Shown here: one piece after another, positions 27,801-39,800 of the stretch
Position numbering within the stretch: the first letter of the stretch is position 1
How the letters are laid out: every line of letters starts with the position of its first letter
Origin: Somniosus microcephalus
Lineage: Eukaryota
Assembly (NCBI GenBank): GCA_052327205.1
Contig: CM126224.1
Coordinates: 18,042,001 to 18,106,000, forward strand
Direction of reading: 5' to 3'
Length of the DNA: 64,000 nucleotides
Translations under genes and position numbers: made by a program
The notes under the pieces: generated by a model
Databases searched by the model: none
The model's input: only the letters and a program-made list of their open reading frames with translations
Told to the model about the DNA's origin: nothing

Positions 27801-30800
27801 TCAGAGCAACTGGATTATCAGCAATACAATTCACCTTCAAAGGAATGCACCAAGTTTAAATTTGCTATGTGTACCCATGTGGTCAGCTCACTCGAGAGCA
27901 CGGTAGTGAGTCACTTTGCTGGAAACACTCAGCCGGTCAGGCAGCACCCGTAGAGAGAAAAAAAGTGTTAATGTTTCAGGTCGATGACCCTTTGTCAGAA
28001 CTGGAAAAAGTTAGAGATGTAATAGATTTTTAAGCACGTGTAGGGGCAGGGAAAGGGAAGGAAAGGTCTGTGATAGGGTGGAAGACAGGAGAGATTTCAA
28101 GACAAAAGGGATGATGGTGCAAGGCAAAAGGTGATGGTAATGGGACAAGTTAAGAAACAGATAACTCTAGATGAGGTGTAAATGATAATGGCAGAATCAA
28201 TAGCTGCCATGTGAGAAAATTAAAAAAAAATAATCCCTGCCCCTACACTTGCTTAAAAATCTGTTACATCTCTAACTGTTTCCAGTTCTGACAAAGGGTC
28301 ATCGACCTGAAACGTTAACTCTGTTTTTCTCTCTCCACGGATGCTGCCTGACCTGCTGAGTGTTTCCAGCATTTTCTGTTATTTCAGATTCCCAGCATAT
28401 TGCTCGTGTGACTAAACACAAAAGTGTTTATATTTTCATTATTTTTAAGTTTTCTGTTGCAATGGAAAATGATCTCAATATTGATCTCCTTTAGCAAAAA
28501 CTCAGCTTTGCAGAGTAAAACTTTAAACAGCAAATGTGATTAAGTACCATGAGGATGAGATCAAAGGATGATTACCCTACACCACCAATAATTAAAGTAC
28601 CTTAGTTCTGGACTTTCCACAGTTGTTACAAATACAAGGAACGATTTAAAGCGGGCTGAACTATATGGCAATGAAATAATCCTAGCCAAAACAAGCCAAA
28701 TATGAATTAATCCAGAAGCGCACTTACATAATAGATCATTGCTACATAGTAGTTTTGCTTCAAACCAATGCTAAATTTGTAATATAAATTCAGAGTCAAG
28801 GCCCAACTTGATTTTTGAGCAAAGCTGGAGGAGAAAGTCTCAGTTTGCTCGACTCTGGACTCAACATTATGAAATGTTAAGCGTTGGTGCGAAGTTTCAC
28901 ACCAACACTATGTAGTTTAAATTCACCCTAGTTCCACATAAAATTGCGATTCTGGAGAGGGAAAGCAATTTTTGGGACTTAAGAATAGAAGCTTCACTTG
29001 TCTGTTCTCACCTTGAAAATCTGCACGGATTATTTGACCCTCCACATGATAGTTCCTCAGAGTCAGAAAGTTCTGAATCATTCTATTTGCCTGCTTGGAC
29101 TCCGTCAAATCCTGAGCTAGCTGTATAAAAGGAATGCTGCAATTTAGGTTTACAATTAAAAATACTTCAGTGAGACCGTCAGTCATATTTGCCAACCGCT
29201 ATTCAGTTCTTTGATGCAACAAGGATTATACGTACTCAATTATTTTTAGCTTATTTCTATCCTCCACGTAGTGTAGAAATACATCCTTGCATTACCTCCA
29301 AGTTATTACCTTGGGTTTTCCTCAGTTCACCAGGTTTCAATCATAGATTGTTAAATAACAATCCATCTCACATTATACACCAGTACCCGTGCTAAACAAC
29401 CTTGCTGATTGGTTTTGTTCTGGATGTGTTGTAGAGTAACGAGGTGATCTTTATTTTACACAATACCCCTTCATCTGAAGGCTTACCACAACATGCATTA
29501 TTCTACTGTCCCACACTATGTAAACTGGAACGCAGTCAGTCCAGAGAATGGACCAGAAAATGTCATCGCATATGAAGTCCTGAAACTGAAGCAAGTTTAA
29601 TTCTGAACTGGTCGAATATACCATACTAGATTATAAATGCAGGCCTCTTTGCTCTTTGAATGTATTTTAGTCTTCACAAACAAATAGAATGTGCTCTCCT
29701 ACAGCTTCCCTGTTGGCTTAGCAAATTTAATCAGTGATTAGCCAAGCCATACAGACCAGGGAAGGCCAGACATTTGATCCATGGTCTGCTTTGTGCTAGC
29801 TGATATAAACAGGGTGGGGGTGAAATCTTCCAGAGTTCCTGCTCCTGAACCCTACCTAGTGAAATTGACATTCGAGTGTGGAAAATTGTCAGCTAAGGTA
29901 GAATAGCTGGCTGATCACATTTGCAGTAAGTGTTGGCTGCTCGAGGAACTCCGGCTCCGTGTTGATGAGCTGGAGTCCGAGCTTCAAACACTGCGGCACA
30001 TCAGGGAGGGGGAGAGTTACCTGGACTCTGTGTTCCAGGAAGTAGTCACACCAATTAGATTAACTAATTCAGATGTAGTCCATGGTCAGGGACAGGAGGG
30101 TGTGACTATGAGTGAGGCAGGTACAGGGATCCAGGAGGTAGTGTTGGAGGAGCCGCAGCCCTTGCTCTTGTCCAACAGGTTCGAGGCTCTTACTCCCTGT
30201 GGGGACGGGAACGGGGACTGCAGGGAGGATGAGCATCCTGGCCACAGCACTGTGGAACAGGGGGCCATTCAAGTGGGGGGGAGTAAAAAGAAATGTTGTA
30301 GTGGTAGGGGATAGTATCATTAGGGGGGATAGATAGGGTTCTTTGCAGCCGAGAGCGAGAGTCCCGAAGGCTGTGTTGCCTGCCAGGGTTAAGGACATCT
30401 CCTCTGGGCTGGAGAGAAACTTGGAGTGGGAGGGCGAGGATCCAGTTGTCGTGGTCCATGTTGGTACCAACGACATAGATAGGACAAGGAAAGAGGTTCT
30501 GCTGAGGGAGTATGAGCAGCTAGGGGCCAAATTAAAAAGCAGAACCACAAGGGTAATAATCTCTGGATTATTACCTGAGCCACGAGTAAATTTGGCTAGG
30601 GTAAATAAAATCAGAGAGTTAAATGCGTGGCTCAAAGACTGGTGTGGGAGAAATGGGTTTTGCTTCTTGGGACACTGGCACCAGTACTGGGACAGGAGGG
30701 AGCTGTTCCGTTGGGATGGGCTTCACTTGGCCAGTGCTGGGACTAGAATCCTGGCAAATCGAATAACTAGGGCTGTAGAGAGAGCTTTAAACTAATTAGT

Positions 30801-33800
30801 GGGGGGGAGGTTTCAAGAGAGCAAAAAATAAAAATGTCAGCAGAGAAGGCAATAGAGCAAGGTAGCAGTGGGGGAATTAAAAACCAGAGCATGCCAGGAA
30901 GGGACAGAATGTAGATAAAGGTAAAGTAGTAAAGGGGGTAAAAGCAGAAATAAATTGTCACAAAATATTATTTAAAAGTTCTTTATCTGAATGCACGCAG
31001 CTTTCGTAACAAAATAGACGAGTTGACGGTACAAATAACTACACATGGGTATGATCTGGTGGCCATTACAGAAACATGGCTGCAAGGTGACCATGACTGG
31101 GAACTAAACATCCAGGGGTATTTGACAATTAGGAAGGACAGACAGAAAGGAAAGGGAGGTGGGGTGGCTATGTTAATAAAGGATGGAATCACTGCAATAG
31201 TGAGAAATGATATTGGGTCAAAGGATCAGGATAGTGAAACAGTTTGGGTGGAGATAAGGAATACTAAGGGGAAAAAGTCACTAGTGGGTGTAGTCTATAG
31301 GCCTAACAGTTGCAACTCTGTTGGTCGGAGTATAAATCAGGAAATAGTTGGGGCTTGTAATAAGGGAACTGCTATAATCATGGGGGATTTTAACTTTCAT
31401 ATTGACTGGACAAATCAAATTGGCCAGGGCAGCCTTGAGGAAGAGTTCATAGAGTGCATTAGGGACAGGTTCCTTGAGCAGTATGTTACTGAACCAACCA
31501 GGGGGCAGGCAATCTTAGATCTGGTCCTGTGTAATGAGACAGGATTAATAAAAAATGTCCTAGTAAAGGATCCCCTTGGTATGAGTGACAATAACATGGT
31601 TGAATTCCAAATTCAGTTGGAGGGTGAGAGAGTTGGATCTCAAACCAGCGTACTAAGCTTAAATAAAGGAGACTATGGAGGTATGAGAGTAGAATTGACT
31701 AAAGTGGACTGGGACAATAGATTAAAGTGTAAGACGGTACATGAGCAGTGGTGTACATTCAAGGAGATATTTCACAACTTAAAAATATATTCCACTGAGG
31801 AAAAAGGGGTGTAAAAGAAAAGACAGCCATCAGTGGCTAAGTAAAGTAATAAAGGATAGTATCCGACTGAAAACAAGGGCATATAAAGTAGCCAAATCTA
31901 GTGGGAGGATAGAAGATTGAGAAGCATTTAAAAGTCAACAAAGAATAACTAAAAGATTAATTAAGAAAGGGAAGATGGATTATGAAAGTAAACTAGCAAA
32001 AAATATAAAAACAGATAGCAAGAGTTTCTATAGTTATATAAAAAGAAAAAGGGTGGCTAAAGTGAATGTTGGTCCCTTAGAGGACGAGACCGGGAAATTA
32101 GTGGTGGGGAACATGGAGATGGCAAAAACGCTGAACAAATATTTTGTCTCAGTCTTTAGAGTAGAGGACATTAAAAATATCCCAACACTGGACAAACAGG
32201 GGGCTATGGGGGGGGGGGGGGGGGGGTGGGAGGAGCTAAACACGATTAAAATCACTAAGGAGGTGGTACTCGGTAAGATAATGGGACTAAAGGCGGATAA
32301 ATCCCCTGGGCCTGATGGCTTACATCTTAGGGTCTTGAGAGAAGTGGCGGTGGGGATTGCGGATGCATTAGTGGTAATTTTCTAGAACTCTCTGGATTCA
32401 GGTAAGGTCCCAGCAGATTGGAAAACTGCTAATGTAACGCCCTTATTTAAAAAGGGAAGTAGACAAAAGGCTGGAAACTATAGACCAGTTAGCCTAACAT
32501 CTGTGGTTGGTAAAATGTTGGAGTCCATTATTAAGGAAGCAGTAACAGGACATTTGGATAAGCATAATTTAATCGGACAGAGTCAGCATGGTTTTACAAA
32601 AGGGAAGTCATGTTTGACAAATTTGCTCGAATTCTTTGAGGATGTAACAAACAGGGTGGATAAAGGGGAACCAGTGGATGTGGTGTATTTGGACTTCCAA
32701 AAGGCATTTGACAAGGTGCCACACAAAAGATTACCGCACAAGATAAAAAATCACAGGATTGGGGGTAATATACTGGCATGGGTGGAAGATTGGCTATCTA
32801 ACAGAAAACAGAGAGTTGGGATAAAAGGTTCATTCTCGGGTTGGCAATCTGTGACTAGTGGTGTTCCGCAGGGGTCAGTGCTGGGACCCCAACTCTTTAC
32901 AATCTATATTAACGATTTGGAGGAAGGGACAGAGTGCAACATATCCAAGTTTGCCGACGATACAAAGATGGGAGGGAAAGCAGTGAGTGAGGAGGACATA
33001 AAAAACCTGCCAAAGGACATACAGGCTAAGTGAGTGGGCAGAAATTTGGCAGATGGAATATAATGTTGGAAAGTGTGAGGTTATGCACTTTGGCAGAAAA
33101 AAATCAAAGAGCAAGTTATTATCTAAATGGAGAGAAACTGCAAAGTGCTACAGTACAAAGGGATCTGGGGGTCCTGGTGCATGAAACACAGAAGGTTAGT
33201 ATGCAGGTACAGCAGGTGATCAGGAAGGCCAATGGAATCTTGGCTTTTATTGCAAAAGGGATGGGGTATAAAAGCAGGGAAGTCTTGCTTCAGTTATACA
33301 GGGTACTGGTGAGGCCACACCTGGAATACTGCGTACAGTTTTGGTTTCCATATTTAAGAAAAGATATACTTGCTCTCGAGGCAGTTCAGAGAAGGTTCAC
33401 TCAGTTGATTCCGGAGATGAGGGGGTTGACTTATGAGGAAAGGTTGAGTAGGTTGGGCCTCTACTCATTGGAATTCAGAAGAATGAGAGGCGATCTTATC
33501 GAAACATAAAAGATTGTGAAGGGGCTTGATCGGGTGGATGCGGGGAGGATGTTTCCACTGATGGGTGAGACTAGAACTAGGGGGCATAATCTTAGAATAA
33601 GGGGCTGCCCTTTCAAAACTGAGGTGAGGAGAAACTTCTTCACTCAGAGGGTAGTAAATCTATGGAATTTGCTACCTATGGAAGCTGCGACATTAAATAA
33701 ATTTAAAACGGAGATAGACAGTTTCCTAGCAGATAAGGGAATTAGGGGTTACGGGGAGAGGGCAGGGAAGTGGACGTGAGTCTAGGTTCAGATCAGCCAT

Positions 33801-36800
33801 GATCCTATTGAATAGCGGAGCAGGCTCGAGGGGCCGTATGGCCTACTCCTGCTCCTACTTCTTATGTTCTAATTATGTGTACGGCCACTTGTGTGAGATA
33901 ACAGAGCAACCAGGGCTGCTGGAACCATATGTCGGTAAGGAGTCAATATGCAGAAGGGGAGGGGAGAAAAAATTGGCAGAGCAAATGTCCAAAACAAAGA
34001 AAGGTCTCAGCTAGGGATGGGGGGGAAAACCACTTTGGACACTGCCCCTTTAAGACTCTTGCACAATCTTCTGGACTCCCATCGCTCTGATCTTAGCCAG
34101 CACATCTGCAGTAACAGCCCTACAGAGAGCTCTCTGGAGTCCCCCAAGAATCTACCTTTGGCTGTCTCCTCACCCTCATCTACATCCTTGCAATTGGTGA
34201 CATCATTTGTAGGTATAGGATAAACTGCCATAGTTATGCTGACAATATCCACCTTACACACAGGATTGGGTTCACATTTTGTGAATTTTGTTATATAAAT
34301 CATGTACTGCACAGGCAGTTTCCATTCTAAATGTGGACATAAGAAAAAGTTGACAGGAAGTGCGCACAGACGCAAGATCTTTAATATCTAGAATCATAGA
34401 ACCATTCTTCCCATTGCGTCGGTTTTTGCCAAAGTCATCCAAAACTATTCCCACTGGCGTGCTCTTTCCCCATAAACCTGTCTCATCTTTTGCTTTTCTA
34501 ATCATGCCATTCATATCTTCCTCTTACCCATCAAGTTGTGGGAATATAAAATGTCATTATTTTTCAAAAATAAACATTCAAATTCAACTACTGATTTATG
34601 GGCTGTGCTATGAAGTCAGTCTGAATGTTTCTCAAAATGCTCTTCCCTGCACCATGCAATCTAGATACAGCTCAAGCATTTACCACTGGTCTCAACTGTT
34701 AATAGAATCTCTGTTAAGTTTCAACACCTGTACAACACACCGTACTCACCTGTTCAAAGAGGTTTAACATCAGTAAAGGGTAAAAGGTGTGGAAATACTC
34801 TTCATACGATCTAAACCTTTCAGGCACCTCGCGTGGTGGAAATTCACAGAGGGAATCAGGTGGCCCAAACTGTTTGAATGAGTCAAACATCTGATAGTTC
34901 CACTTGAGGATTGCGTTGATAAAGTAAGATTGGTCACGTTGCTGGTGATCTGTCAGATCTAAGTTAATGTTCGGAGTAGCCTGCCTGGATCTCCCAGGTG
35001 GCAGAGGTGCAAAGGTGGATGATGATACTGTAACCGGTGTTGGAAAACTCGACTGTGCTCTGAAGTTCACATCTTTGTTTAGCGTTCGAAGAACATTGGT
35101 AGTTCCCACAGCCTTTGCAGCATGGATTGGTCGCGATGTCAGTGGCACGGCAAATTTTACCACGGGAGGCTTTTGAACTTGAACTTTGGGAGCTGCTGCT
35201 GCCAGACGTTTTGGGACGATCTCCAACTCTATAGCAAGCTGAGCATTGCGTGAAGTAGTGCTAGAAGCAAAAAGTTTGGTAGTTGCGGGTCTCGAGCTTT
35301 TCAGGATAGACGGGGGTAACCCTGGCTTGGCAAACGGGTCATCTTTGGGTTCAGATAGAGCATGCTTCTTACAAAATCTCTTTGAGGATACTACTACATC
35401 AGTGCAGCCTGTGCATTGGCATCCAGTCTCATTTACACTTGAAGGACTTTTTCTGGAATCCTCCTCTTCTGTGGTGTCACTATCTATGTCCATATCTATG
35501 GGATCTCTCTGTGTCAACATTAATAGCTCATCATCTTCCAAGTTTTCTTCTGTACTAATATCCATATCTAAAGGGTCATGCTGTGTTAAGTTTAAGTCAT
35601 CAATTACGTTCATACTTGACAGTTTTTCCTCAGTTGAAGTCATGTCTATTGCTCTACCATGTTCTCTTTCTACCGAAGTAGTAGCTGCAACAGAATTATT
35701 GTTTTTTTCCACTGAAGTAGATTGGTGCTTCTGACTCCTTTGGACACAAGTAGATGAAGAGTCGAGACTTCCTTCAGATGACAGAGCTCTTTTTGGGGAA
35801 GCACTTTCATCACGTGTAGATGTACTTTTCTTTTTCTTCTCTTTATTGAGTTTTTGAGGCCGAGACTGTCTTAGGTACTGGAGGTCCTGAGAAGCCAGCA
35901 ATCGTGGATTATGTACTGCCAATTTCTGTGGCGAGATGAGCTTTGCCTTCTTACGGTGCTTGTGCTCGATGGTCCCCTTTATTTGCCCATAATTACGCAG
36001 TTTGTTCAAACTGTCGAGGCTACCCTGGGAAAGGTCAAAAGCTTTACGGATTTTCTTCTTGAGGCCAAGTTTTTCAACAGTTGAAGTAGGTTCAGGACAT
36101 TTACGCACCTTCTTCGGAGATAACCTGGAATGGAGCTTCACTGAAGTTGAAGGAAATTCTATTTGCACTTCCCTGTGAGGGGATTTGGAAACATTAGTCA
36201 ACGATGTTGGGGAGCTTTTTTTCACTGAATTTTTATTTGATTTATTTTTCATCATAGCTTTCTGGTCTGGGCCACTGTACGTGGACTGCTTATTTAAGGT
36301 GAACTTGCTTAAACCTTTTCTAGAAGTGGCTTGGGATAAATGTTTCTCTCGTACTCCACCCTTTGATAAACCAAGTCTACTTGTACCTCCACCTTTATCT
36401 GTTGCATTCTTCATTGCTAGCTTGTTTTCCAGCTGCAAGTCTGGTAATTTCTTTGAAGAGGTGAGCTTCCGCTTATTTTTATCAGGCACATGTAGGGAGC
36501 TGCGGCTATTTAGATTACTGATCATGCTTCTACCGTGGATTTGTTTTTCCTTTTGAAGGTTAGAGGCAGAATCTAAAATAAATCCAGAATGTGAAACATC
36601 GCCGTTGCCAACCGATGTATCTTCATCTGTTGAGCTGCACGGAGAAGAAATCGGTTTTACCCCAAGTATTAATTGTTTTGCAGTGTCTGGACTACTCACT
36701 GATACTTCTTGCTGTCCCTTCTTCACTTGTGCTTCTGCCTCCTCAGCCACCTTTTCAATTAATTCATCAGACACGTAATCTGTATCGTAGCCCCATTCAT

Positions 36801-39800
36801 TAAGCATATGGTTAACATCTGCATCATCACTGGAGGACTGCATGTTAAACTCATCAGCTTCTTCAGTCTTTCCTTTGTCAACTGCTTGCTTGTGCTGCGG
36901 CTGAGCGTCTTTCCAAACAGAATATACCGGTTCTTCACTTTCAAACTCAAAAAACTGCGAATCATATTCCTCCATCGCAGGGGGAGATTTGTTACATGTA
37001 GGCATTTCTTGCAGGCAAGATTTATTTTTCTCAATTGCACCAGAGACACCCTGTATAGAGGTAGCATTGTCTTGTTTTGCTGCTTCAGATGTCTGAACTT
37101 CTAATATGTTGCTATTTTCTTTTGATGATTCTGAATCAGGGATAGTGACCGCTTCTGCATTGTCAATGGTCGGCTCTTCCACAGATGAGACAGATTTATA
37201 TTTTTCTTTATTCTGAATGGAACTAGACAACCGTATCGGACAGGAAGCTTTTAATTTTCTATCAATCTTGTTTAGTGGTTGGATTATGCACAACTCTTGC
37301 GGCAAATCATTGGATAAATTAGCACTTTTAGTAGAAGCAGCTAGCGAGGGCTTTACAAGATCTTTATCCACCTTTGAGTCATTTGCATCCGCCTCTGATG
37401 TTAATGAAATCCTTTTCTTCAGCTTTGTCCTCAATTCACTGAATGGAATATTATCATCGCTATCACTGCTGCTGCTCGGACAGTGGTGAAGTGGGTTTGA
37501 TGGACTAGGAGATTTGAATGCGTTGCTCGAATTTGCTCTATCCAGCGATGACAATGGACAAAGTATTAAACCATCAGAAATTTGTGGCTTTTCTCTTCTG
37601 TCAAAAAATGGAGACAATGTAGCTGTGTGAAGATGGGAAGGAGGCAAATTTTCAGTACTGTTACTGTTTTTTATCTGTTTTCTGCTGATACTGAGATTCT
37701 GGCTAGGATTTCTATTGTTCATATTATCTAATCGCCGACTGTCAACTCCTGTATTAGGAAACTCCTCAAATGTCCTTTCTTTACTAGGAGATTTATTGTT
37801 TTCCTTCAGCATCTTTCTCTTAAGATCAACTGCCTGCATCTTAACTTTCAGATTGAACAGTTTGCTTGGATCAATCTTAAACATCCTTGGTTCGGTGTTG
37901 ACCGATTCCATTTTTTGAGGCGAATCACAGACAGTTACTTTAGGACCACAAGTCAAAGAGACCGGAGAATAATCATGCTGATCTTTTTTAGAGGAGACAG
38001 CTTCAGGCTTTTTTGCGTGCTCGCTCATAGACTCCTGGAATTCTAATAGCATAGACCGTTTCCATTTTTGTTCTTGCCGAACACTGCGAGTGGCCTCAAT
38101 AGGCTCAGTCCGCAAATTAGCTTTGCTCAAAGAACTTGCAGTAAAATCCACATTGGAATTGGATGCGGGTCCATCGGCTTGTTCCAGAATCCGTCTCGGT
38201 CTGCTCAGTGGGTCATCCAGAGTGATATTTTCTATAAAATGACAAGGAGAGGGAGGAGGAGAGATTTCTACTATTTCTACCAATTCATCATCTATATTAA
38301 AAACATTAGCTTCATCAGCTCTGGTCTCATTAAGGAAAGTACTGTCATCATACATGGAGAATTCTGCCTTAAATGGAGAGACTGGTTCTATGGATGATTC
38401 TTTAAGCCTGTCTTCTATGGACTTGTAACCAGCCATTTTTTCTTGATTTGTGATACTTTGCTGAACAGCTGAGCTTTTGCTGTCCAGTTGTAACACTGAA
38501 GGACATGGTGGACCAGGGCCACTATTATAATAGCCAGGCATCTTTCCCCACTCCCCGGTTTCCTCTTTTTCATGTTTAATTAGAGGATACTTTGGTCCAC
38601 TTCCTTTTCCAACTGTGCCTAGTTGTTTCACTTCAGAGGTTTTATCTTTTACACTTTTAATTAACTGTGTTAAACAGGACTGTAACTCCTGCTGTTCTTT
38701 GGGACTTAGCTGCCAGCCAAGGATAAAAGTGCTTCGCAATTGTAGATTTAGTTTGTCGAGGAACTGTTGGAACACGCTTCTTTGCGGAGACTGACATCCC
38801 TCTCTCAGAAAACTACGAATTAGCTGAACACATGCTTGCTGGACTGAACTAGTGATGGAGGAACATGCCACAGAGGACACTGCTGCAAGTGTGGTGGATG
38901 TGACTTTGACGTTACTTGTTACTGCTGCTTTCTCACTGTTTTGGTTAAAGACTCTGGCAGGAAGACTGGCACATTTCACCAGCGCTTCCACCCACTTCTG
39001 TGAGCTGTACCACAGCAAATGCAGATGGTTTTTATTTCTGTGGAGTTCTATGATGGACACCAAGATAAGGATGAAAAACTCAGTCACTTTATCGCAGAAA
39101 TCAACTTTCCGATTCAAGACGTCCTTTATCTCGGAGTATATATGGTGAACAACTTCTCCAATGTAGGCTATGCCAAGATCCTTTAGGTCCATGACAGAAT
39201 TGACAAATGGGATGAACCAGAGAAATGTACTGTTATGTACACGCATGTCTTGTCCAATGTCACACTGAAGCACGTGCGCAAGAGTCTGCATTTCATCATA
39301 CATGTTCGGGTAGTAATCTGGGCAAATTGCATTTCTCCAGCCAACATCCTATAAAGAGCAACACAAATGTAGTAAAATTCCATTAAATGCATTAGGATTA
39401 TGGCAGGTTTATAATAGTTACTGAAACCTCTCTTCCTTTATAGAAAAACATTGAGCTAAAATACATTGCAACCCAACAAAGCTGAAAGTTAGTCACATTT
39501 TATTAATGCAACTTCAGAACAGCATCTCCTAAAATTCTTTCAATTCCTACATCAACCTGGTCTCTAGTGTGAGAATACCAATTTAATGCATATTTTTGCA
39601 GTGCAGACCCAGGCCATGGAGTTCACAATCTCGGCCACTTCACAACAGGGAAGCAGTGAAAGCCACATAGTTTCCACAGGATAAAAAGGAAACGAGTTAC
39701 CCCCTACTCATTTCTACACAACTTCCAGCAGCTGGTCAAAGACAGCACTGACAGAGGCTTGGGATGTACAATATCCACACACAACCAACAAGGGAAAATT

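Noticed and set aside
34967-39148. Multiple plus-strand ORFs opposite the giant exon (and antisense ORFs over the CR1s)
   Set aside because: Shadow ORFs of real coding sequence on the other strand.
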